From the NCBI RefSeq assembly GCF_021869535.1, contig NW_026262734.1, positions 21,762,001 to 21,826,000 on the forward strand: DNA of 64,000 nucleotides, written 5' to 3'. Each line of letters opens with the position of its first letter. Position 1 is the stretch's first letter. The DNA comes from Mytilus californianus. Its lineage: Eukaryota. Below the pieces are notes generated by a model. That model was not told the DNA's origin. It worked only from the letters and a program-made list of their open reading frames with translations, and searched no databases. Made by a program: the position numbers and the translations under genes. Shown piece by piece: positions 24,701 through 36,100 of the stretch.

Positions 24701-27087
24701 TCACATGTAATTTCTTTTAGTACTCTTTTGCTGGTGTCAATATCTGCAAAACAAATTAAAAAAAGTACTTAGTATGAAGAAATCAGGGAACAATCAAACG
24801 CATGAACCAAAGACGAACAGACAAGACGGTGTAAAAGTAGAAAAGTAGAAAAGAAAAACCTTACACAACACCTTTAACATAAGACAAAGTATAAAGCATC
24901 ACATATAAATCCTAACAAAAGGCTTAGGCAGTTGTTTCTGAATGGAAAGCTGTACTATGCCCTCAATAACAAATGTTAACAACCAGTGATTTCATATTCA
25001 GTGATAATACATCAATACACCTTTTGTTATCCCACTGATCGGCAAAGATAAGTTAAGGTGTTTTTCTTTGTTAAAATAAGAGTGCTGTAATCAAGTCTAA
25101 TTTTGTTGCTACAGTAAATACTATCCTGATTGGACGCTACAATAATTTCAAATGTGGCGTTTCGTATGTGTTTCGATTATCAGTTTACAATGAAAATGTC
25201 TTCTACATGTTTTAATTGTTTCACATAACATCAAATCATCCATATATTGACAAGAAGGTATCTTGTAACCATCCGTTTTAAAGTGTAAGGTATGATTTCC
25301 AATAGTGCAATTATCCACCAATTATAAATCAAATGAGATTGACGCCCTTTACAATGAGTAAAACTCATACCGTATATCCGGCTATAAAAGAACTCGACAT
25401 GAAAAAGTAAAATAACAAACACACCGAACTCCAAGGAAAATTCAAAACGAAAAGTCCTTTATCAAATCAAAAGCTCAAACACATCAATTAAACGAATGGA
25501 CAACAACTGTCATATTCCTGACTTGAAAACAATTCTAACAATTCAACCAAGAAAAGAAACAGCCTTATTTATGACAAAACAATAAACGGTAAACACATGA
25601 CAGACATCAACCAATGAAACCCATTAGATGACAAGCTGCTGACAAAGGAAGGACACATAAAGAATGTGGCGTGGTTAAATGTGTAAGTGAGCGGTCAATC
25701 TCCCTAACCTGGAACAGTTATTTAACAGCAAAACACAAAAAAGAAGCTGTACAATTAATGTAAAGATAAAAGACATAAAGTAACGATCTAACAGTATTCA
25801 CAGTTACTGAAAGCTAGTGAAAAGCCAATTACAACTCATTGATAAAACATGTTCTCCTAGACTAAAGTATCATTCAGTATACATCCAATAGCTATATAGT
25901 GTAAAGACGTCATATTCAGTCTGAGAAAAACTTGAACGTATGCAATGTCAGATCATTTGCACAAACTGGATGTAGGACTTAATTAGTTTATATCAATAAA
26001 TATTCAGTAATGTTTATTTTATAAAAAAAACAACAACATTAATTTAAGTACTGATAAAACAATATTCAAAACATGTATGCGATGTTCAATTGAAAACTTT
26101 TAAGAATAAAAAAATAAGTTTATTCAAAGAATCAATGTGTTTACAGATAGTATCTAAAATGATGGGCTCTTTAAACATCATTTCCGCAAAAAAATAGGAT
26201 GCGATAACCTGTTTGTTATTAGATTTCTACAAGTTGCGTCGAATATCCAAACCAAATCAAGTCTTTGCATCTATGAAAGAATTTAGTTAAGGTTTCATGT
26301 AATTTGTGGTCGCGAACCCTGATTTGATATTTTACCAGTCACACGTATATTATGCACATTTAAATCTAAAACGTCACTACAGAACAAGCTGAGAAATATA
26401 CAATACCGTACGAAAGGGGAATAGTAGTTTTATAGTTTCCCATGGATTTTTCATAGGACATTTATTTAATGTCTCTTTAGTAAATTTTCGTAATATAACT
26501 AGAGTGTTCTTGATAATAGGAAGCGAAAATATCCAAAGTACCGGTAAATGTTAAATTGTACTATTAAACGGAATTTTGACGGAGTTTGGCTATATTTACA
26601 CTGTAATTGATAACAACACAGTAACAAGTATTCAGCAAATAAAAGGCTAATAGGAAACCCTGCAACCTGTCGCTAAACGTTATTGCCGAAACGTGCATAG
26701 ATGTTGTAAAGGAAAGAATAACAATTTTAATCATCTTATCACAGTTCCAGTCAGTTTATCTAGCATACTAACCATTTTTTTTCGTTTTTTCGTTAAGAAA
26801 AGGGCGGCTTTGTATGAGTTTCAAAAACACTATTTGTTTGAACAAGAAAGCTTCAGTTTGCTCAGATTGTATTGAAGACTTGCAACCGAACTGAAAGGAC
26901 CATAAAAAGTACGCAAGTTATCTAAATCATCCAAAAGGTTGTGTTCACTTCAGAAATAATAAATTCCACAATTTTAATTTGGTGTAATTGTGTTAAAAAA
27001 ACTGTCAAATCCCTCTTTTTAAAATTTAAATGACGGTAAAAAGTGATCAAGTGAATTTGATGATAACCAATCCTACAAATTATAAAG

Positions 27088-27146
<59 letters not shown>

Positions 27147-30100
27147 CTCTAAATATCAGCACAACAATGTAAAATCGCAAAATTTTGTTCTTCCCTCGCT
27201 GGGATTCGAACTCATGCTATTGGGATACCGTGACAACAGCGCATATATATATATGTCTTGCATCTTTTTCATTTACGACCATTCTTGTAAGATTACACCT
27301 ACTATTTAATAGCGTCTAAGCTCTGTTTCAGATCTCTTATCGGTTAATTAAAGAGACAAATTACGACGTCAAAAAATAAAATTGACATAAAAGTCCTAGG
27401 TCCCATCTTTGACAACAAACTATCAAAAATCAAAGCGACTTGACATTCGCTTATTAAAAAGAAACTAGAAAAAAAGCGTATCGTGTACTTAAATACACTG
27501 GATGAAGAAGCAATAGATTTGTCTTTTCGTATTGACATGTTTGAAAAATCATTGTTGGACTGCAGCAATATTAAATGTAAGGGATTCATTATTAACATGT
27601 GTATTACCTTCGCCTGTTGCATAACTATCCTGGTGTATCGCTCTAACTCCGTTACTGTCATCTAAAAGCAACGAAATAGAAGTTTTATTGTTGTTATCAT
27701 TGAAAAAATGAATAGCCGTTCAAGATTATTTACATACTATGAGGTGAGGTTAACAAATAAATGAAATAGAATTTCGATAACTAGTACTCTCTTCGTATGT
27801 AGATTTTGTGCTTATCGAATTTACTATTGGCACATAACAAATGCGTGGCTAACAGGAAACATACATCCGATTTTCACAGGGAATAAATTTGATCCAAATA
27901 ATTATAGACCAATTACTGTATTGAGCTGTTTTGGCAAATTGTTTACTTCTGTACTAAATGAAAGACTAACTAAATTCACTTATGAAATTTCCTTGATTGA
28001 TAAAGTGGGTTTCGGAAAGACAACTCGACTGTTGATAATGTATGCATCATTTAATCAATCTTAAACTTAATGTCAAATCGAAAGAAAAAGCTCTACTGTG
28101 CACTCATTGATTTTGCAAAGACCTTTGATAACAGCTGGAGAAATGGACTTTGGAATAAACTAATTCTCAACCACAAATGTATAAAGTAATAAGAAATATG
28201 TATGATAACATCAAATCAAGAGTTATCTATAATAACGAAAAATCGGAATTATTTCCATGTACTAAGTACCACTGGAGTAAGTCAAGGGGAAAATCTATCA
28301 TCCTTTGTTATTTTCTTTATATATCAAATATATGATAAACTTCTGATCCAGTAATCATATTAAAGGTCTTGAAAGCATTTCATGCACGTTTGAAAAGGAC
28401 CTGTATAAATATGTCAAGTTGTTTGTTATTCTATATGCAGATAATACTGTTTTAATGACAAAATCGAAAGACGATCTCCAAAGGCAACTTCAATGCTTTA
28501 GCGATTATTGTAAAATGTGGAAATTAAAAGTGAATGTATCAAAAAAAAGTAATGATCTTTGGCAAAGGAAGACAACCAAACTTCATAAAAGAACAAGATC
28601 ATTTAACAAAGCTATCTTTATAAAAATCTAACTGAAAAGGCTACAAAAGCTATGTACGGGGGTATTAAAAAAAGGTAGAACGTACAATCTTTTAATAAAA
28701 TGTCAAATTGGTTTGTTCGACAAAATTGTAAAACTCTTCTATGGAAATCGAAAGGACAAATCTCCTCCCATCATATTATTACACAAGACCAAATACCGCT
28801 AAATTTCACTCTCTGTTTAAAAGAAAAAAGGATTTTAACGTTAAAAAGACTGTGTAAAATTTATTAGAGTAATAAATGTAAAAGTTAGTTCCTCTGGCTA
28901 ATGAACATTCTATTATGTATCTATTTCTAACTTTTTAATTGTTTATCAAAATCATATTTCTGGGTTTCTGTTTGTTTCTTGATTGTTTGTTTATTATTCT
29001 TTTTTTTTTTGGTGTGGTGGTTTTTTTCTATTTCTGTATTGTCTTTTGTATAAATTTAAGCCATGTATCACCTTAAGCATTGTGCGTTAATTTATTATGT
29101 TTCCTTCTCTCTACTTTTGTTTATTGGTTTTAGAGAATAAAGTATCTATATATCTAGTGAAACTTGGTGAAAAATGAAAACCAAACAGAACAAAAAACAG
29201 AACGAACAAAACAAACATAAAAACAGAACATTTGTCTTTGTGCATTACCTCCGTCTACAGCAGCATTTATTTGAAGAGTCGCCGTATTTCCTTTGCCACC
29301 ATCTACAAAGAGCGAAAAAGAAGTTAGAATTGTTTAGAATTTGTATTTTTATCTTGTAGGGATGTTGCGAGAGGATGACGAATAACAATCATCGATTAAA
29401 AACACACAAGTTAACGTATGAATAAATGAAATACAGATTTGAAAATAGAAGAATGAATACTAAGGTTTCATTTTCTCTGCATCAGCTTGAATTGTACCAT
29501 AAATATATGAATATAATATGAACTAAAAATATGGCGAGTGTATCTATTTTTTTTTTATCTGCTTTATGTCCTATACATGTTTATAAAACAACAATGAATA
29601 CCTTTGACTGAAATGTCAGTGTTCTGCATGCCAATCGGTAATGTCAAGCATATCTCATATTCTATTTTTTTGGGCTTTTTAATATTCTTCATCCAACTGT
29701 TCTCTACAGTTTCAATTTTTGGTTCGAAGTCATTTTCTTGTATCGGAGTGACTTGTCGCTTGATGTAAACTTTTCCTGTTGGTGGTTTTTCTGATGACAG
29801 CAAATGAAACATTTTTCTACTTCTTTCCTTGTTTTTATCAAAATACATATCCATCATGTTTTCACTTAACATAATATCATCGACAATGAGATCTTCTGAG
29901 AATGACATCTAAAAGAAATCAATAAATTAACGTAAATTCGATTTCAGTCCGAAAACAAAAAGCAAAACAAATTCAAAACAAAACTAGAAAAATAAAGATA
30001 AAAGAACGGAAAAAAATAACATTAAGTTATCAAAACAATCAATAATAGACAAAAATGCAGGCAAAAATGCACATGATATATAATTAAAGAGGCAATATCT

Positions 30101-33100
30101 AAAATTTAAATCGTTTCAATTATTGACGATTCGTTCAACATTCCTTAGAATACTATAAAACTATGGATAAATAATTGAGTACAACTCCATTGGTTTCTTG
30201 ATTTTTCTGTGATATGTGCTAATATTGATGTTTTTTGTTAAACAATCTTTCCTCTACGGTCCTGTATTTCACAGCATTTTTATTATCTTTTTTAAGACAG
30301 GTGTTGTTTAGATCAGAACTGATTTTCTGCGCTGATCCTTTTGTTTCCTAGTATTGTTTTAAATATAGTATCGGATCTTTAAAATTCTGATCCTTACCAT
30401 ATCAAAAAACACAACAAAAAAGATAAAAAAAAGAAATAAAACATGAAAGTTAAAAAGAAATTGAAATAAAATAAGACAGGTAGAAGGACTCTATAATCTA
30501 TTTAAAAGTAGGTCAGCTGAATAGTTAAAATGTCAGAATCTGTAAATCATCGTATGAGGTCTGGACATGCACAATGGTCATCTACGACGAAACGAATACT
30601 AGATCTGCAACTTATCATTATACACTTTCATGTATAAAACATCATCAGGAACACTGGTTTGCACGAACGTCATTCAAAGTTGAGACTTTCAAATTAATTA
30701 TGAACCAATTCAACAGATTTAATCTAAAATCTAGGAATATCATCGAGAACAAAAATGACTAGAAAAATATTTGACGTGGGACGCGAGGTAATCGGGAAAA
30801 AACCAGATCGATTTCTATCAATCATAAGTCATTTACTTTTATTAAGTGCATGTACAATCGTTCATGTTGTGATCTACACAAACTTTTGAATTACAAATAA
30901 ATATAAAAATTCAACAATTCCATCGACCTTATGGTAAATATTTCAATTTTTTTAACCTTGTAGCAACGGTTATTTTGTATTGTTAACGTTTTAGAAGATT
31001 GTTCTTCATAGCCTCTTTTTCTCCAATATTTCTTTCTTTCTTTTGCATTCCTCAGCACTGTCCACTCTATGACAAGATGGAAACTGTTTTCTGATTCTTT
31101 TTTTAACATGGCATATATTTCTACTTGTCTTTCTCCATTTACTGCTTTCGTTGCTTGAACAATACCTTCAAACAGACTGGGTTGTTTAACAGCAACATTC
31201 CTGTAGAATAGAATACAAATTGTCGTTTCTGTTAAGTTTACACAAACAGTGCGTTATGCTTATCAACCTATAAGCATTATGTCTTTTTTCGTTTTTCGCC
31301 ATGGCGTTGTCAAATCATTTTCGACTTATGATTTTTAATTTCCCTTTGGTACTTTTTACCTCTCTTTTATAGAAATAAACAAAAATAGTTCCAAAAAGAA
31401 GTCAATGGATAGTGTAAAACCGCAAAACGAAATGAAGCCACAGCGAAACTGAACGTTTATTTCAATTTGAGAATAAAACAAAATACTAGTAATAAGACAA
31501 AATTAGTATGTTTTACACGTTTTATTACATACATGTTAGATATTTCAACTGGATTTCCATAAAAATAAATAAAATGATTTTATAATACAATGAACGCAAA
31601 TGCTTACCACGAAAAATGAGACACTTCAAAAACTATTTTGGCATTCTCAATCTTTGCCTTGGCGTTTTCAACAACTTGCCAATCGCCCTCTTCCGTTGGC
31701 ATTGCTTTACTTGAAGAAATGATAACAATGTCGGATTCCTTCATTGTCTCAGAGTGTAAAGGTAATGTCATTATAACAGGTTTTTTTGGTTGAGCTCCTC
31801 CTTCAATAACTACCTTTAAAACGTTTGTGTACAGTACATCAGACTTGCCGGATATATCAGTTTTCCAGTCGTATGTTTCCGCTACCTAAATATATTTGAA
31901 TAATTATGGTTAAATTTTTTGTTTAGCTTTCCACTAAATAAATATGACGACACCTCTAATAAAGAAGCAGAACTTGAAATGTCTCTTATTTTTCATTATT
32001 TTTCATTTGTAATATACTTTTATATATCAAATATACATATTGAAGGATATACAAAATTCAGCATGTTTTGAAATTTTGACCATATATCGCATGTATCGGT
32101 CTAGGAAAAAAACTAAACAGGGAGATAACGATTTTATTAAAAAAAAAATCATAGTTTTCAGCTATCTAAATAATAATTCCAAACATGTGTTACATGAATC
32201 TTTTATCTACAATTTGATATGTGAACTTTTCTGTTATTTCAAATACATCATTACGGGTACACTGAATAATATCCTATGCTGTAATAAGAGGTCTACAAAA
32301 AGGAAGATGATACCAAGGGCAATAGAAAACAACAAGTCGACGAAACGCAGACCACTACGAAAAGAAAAAAGTCAAACAACATAACGCTATACAGAAACAT
32401 TAAATTGAGCAACACGAACCTCATGAAAACCTTGAGATTTTTGCATGTTTTTAAAAAACATAAGAAATATGTCTCCATTTGAATTCGATTGAATTTGAAT
32501 AACAATCATAAAAAACATCACAGGTGATAAGTTAATCTATATCTGTATTTGTCAATACTTTCAAGCTCTTTGTAATAAAAAGATTACAAGACTGTCTTTT
32601 TCGAGTAAATGAGACCAAAATATGCAACTTCATCAATCTAGAGGTAATACGTCCTTCGATAAGAAATGAGTTAAATCGTCTACGTTCTCTGTCGTACTAG
32701 TTATAGTCCTTGTTAGCTCTTTGCTTTTCCTTTCCAAAACACCATTAATACATACAAATGATGATAGAATAAGCCTAGAATTGACAGAGGACGGGAATTT
32801 AATGCTGATGTCATTTTAGAATTTTTACAATGTTTCATTCAAGTCGAATTACTTTATGAGATACAAAATTTGCAAAGCTATACTTAACTAAACATGATAA
32901 GAAAATAAAGAAGAACTTTGTATCTACATACATTCACACTCATAAGTTTTTCAGATTCAAATGTTCCTTCTGATATTTTAATGCAGGACCCTGGTTCCAT
33001 TTTTGGTTCAATCTTGGTTCCAGACTTTTGTACTTTGAAGATTTCTGGCAATATCGTCGCAATTGTAACAAATTGTATGTCCTCGTCCTTCCCATAAGTT

Positions 33101-36100
33101 TGACTAACCATCATTTCTGTTATCTGTAAAACAATCCACCGTGCAAGTTTCAGGTAAATCAGATAAAACATTTAGAGCTATATGTCATGACATTTGAATT
33201 ACTCAATTCGTACAATAATCATGTTTAATAGTATCGAATAGTTCACATTTCCAAGTCAAATTGTACCAAGTCAGGAATATGACAGTTGTTTTCCATTCCT
33301 TTGATGTGTATGAGCTTTTGAATTTGCCATTTTATAAAGGACTTCCCATTTTGAATTTTCCTTCGAGTTCGATATTTTTGTTATATAACTTCTTTCTATA
33401 TAACAGAAATTCAGATATCTATAAATATATTTAGGCAAATTATTAGTAATTTATTTGTCCTTAATATGTGTTTCTTCAAATGAATCACACGTTCAGCGAA
33501 ACATTAATTGATTTTACGGCATTTGATACAATGAGTTACACGTGTGGATTTGAAGAAAAGCATGCAGTTTATTGATAATAAATATTGGTCTCACCGGATT
33601 CTTTTGATCCTCTGAATTCGTTACATTGTTCAATGTAACTTTTTGTTTCCCTTCCACTGGAACAACAGAAAGACGTTCATTACAATTGGCCTGGCCAGGT
33701 ACCCTTATCTTCATATTTGTTGACATTTTAGCATTTCCCCAACATTTAGTGTAATAAATGTCACTGAAAATCCGTTGCTTGTTTTCTAGATACCGTTCTA
33801 CTGGGCTATAATCTGGAGATGTTTTTGAAATGTAAAAGTAAAAACTGTTACCATTTGTAGAGAAGTCCACTTCAGCACCAATGCCAGACAGTATACTCTT
33901 ATCACAGTCCTTTCCGACATGAATCAACTTTTGTTTGATCAATCTTCAATACAAGATTGGAGAACTAATATTTATATATTATAAACAAAAACAAAAACAA
34001 TATACATAAGTGTCATCGCGACTATAAAAGAAATAATGTTTGCAATTTTCAGATATGTGACGACTGTCTATTCAAAGATATAAGATTTTGTTGGTTTTCT
34101 TTAAATTCTGTTTCATATTGAACAAGAAATGATTGTAACAGGATGCTGTTGCGAAGTCTCCCAAACGAAGCTCCCATTATTCGTCATTCCCATGGTCGCC
34201 TGACATTGGACAAAGTCAATTACTAATTGGTTTGGTCCAGTAAAGTGATATGTATTAGTGATGCATAGGGACTGACCCTGTATTTCATTCAAATCTTCGT
34301 GAAATGACAAACAGGTGTATTTCCTTTCTCCATTTGAACTGTACACGTATACCTAACAACAAAATTATTTTCATTTACCTGTGTTTAAAGTAATTGCAAA
34401 TGGCTGATATTTTGGTTCAGGCATATTGTTTTTCTTAAATTGTTTAACATTTCACAGCGGTATAACATGTTACTTTAATTATTCTTCCCTTAGTTTATTT
34501 ATTTTGTATTTACATTGTATCATAGATCAAATTTATTTGTTCAGTGTATGTTCACTGGTGTTAATTTGTCTTTTGATTGAGTTAAGCCACTTCAATTGAT
34601 ATTTTATAGTGTGTCTTTCTATGTTGTGATGTTACACTATTGTTTCAGATAAGGGTGAAGGTTTGGTATAACGTTTACACCCGCTGCAATTGTTTGCACC
34701 TGTCCTAAGTCAGGAATCTGATGTTCAGTAGTTGTCGTTTGTTGATGTGGTTCATAAGTGTTTCTCGTTTCTCGTTTTTTATATAGATTAGACCATTGGT
34801 TTTCCCGTTTGAATGGTTTTACACTAGTATTTTTTGGGGCCCTTTATAGCTTGCTGTTCGATGTGAGCCAAGGCTCCTTGTTGAAGACCGTACTTTGACC
34901 TATAATGGTTTACTTTTATAAATTTTGACTTGGATGGAGAGTTGTCTCATTTGCACTCATACCACATCTTCTTATATCTATATATATGGTTTAGGGGTGG
35001 GGATCTCGGCCATCTACAAGGTATTAGAACATTGGGGGTGGGGGACCCCTTGAGACTGACGCTATATATCATTCAAATCTTTTTGACATGACGATCAGGA
35101 AAATGTATGGTTTAGTGGTGGGGATCTCGACCGTTTACAAGATATTAGAACATTTGGGGTGGGGGAACCCTGTGGACTGACCCTATATATTATTAAAATC
35201 TTTGGATCATGTCAAACAGGAATATATGGTTTAGGGGTGGGGATCCTGACCATTTACAAGATAGTAGAACTTTCTCAAATGGCAGGGGATCGGGATGACC
35301 CCTGGGGACTAACCCTGTTTATCATTCAAATCATCTTGGCATGAAAAACCATAATATATATGGTTTAGGGGGTGGGGATCTTGACCACTTACAAGATATT
35401 AGAACTTTCTCAAATGACAGGGGTGGGGTGACCCCTGGGGACTAACCCTGTATTTCATTTGATGTGCTTTATCATGACAAACCAGAATATATATGGTTAA
35501 GGGGTGGAGATCTTGACCACTTACAAGATATTAAAACTTTCTCAAATGGCAGGGGGTGGGGGTTACCCCTTGGGACTAAACTTTTATTTCATTTAATGTG
35601 CTTTATCATTTAGAACATTTTCAATTATAAAGATTGTGTCTATCACTAACTGTTTTCAAGTTTTAACCTTTAAAAAATAAAAAAAAAATAAAATCCCATA
35701 GGGTTCTTTAGTAAACCCCTCCTTCCTTTTTTCCCCTGAAAGTTCCCCTTTACAAATCCCATTGCACAAACAAAACCCTGATTGTACCACTAGACTTGTT
35801 AGTCTAACATATTGTGAAACCCTAAGGTAATCTGACCAGCGGTTTTGGAGAACGGATGCTGACAAGTTCAAATTTAAAAGCGGCGCAAGAAGAAAAAGAA
35901 GAAGAAGAAGAAGAAGAAGAAGAAAAATAATAAGAACTGAGCAAAAACAATAAGTCTTCCCAAACTTCGTTTTAAAGACTTAATAAACTGGTACTAAGTT
36001 ATTTGATACACTGCATGTGCTTTTCTAAACTTTATTTCTTGGTGGACCTGGTAAACAGAATCCGTGAATAAGAGAGAATCAAACCGGATCAACCTGAAAA

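Noticed and set aside
27344-27661. 105-aa minus-strand ORF
   Set aside because: The real exon is only 54 nt, in a different frame, ending at a gtaata donor.
29791-29810. CTGATGA...GAAA hammerhead-like words
   Set aside because: No helix II pairing, and it lies antisense within a coding exon.
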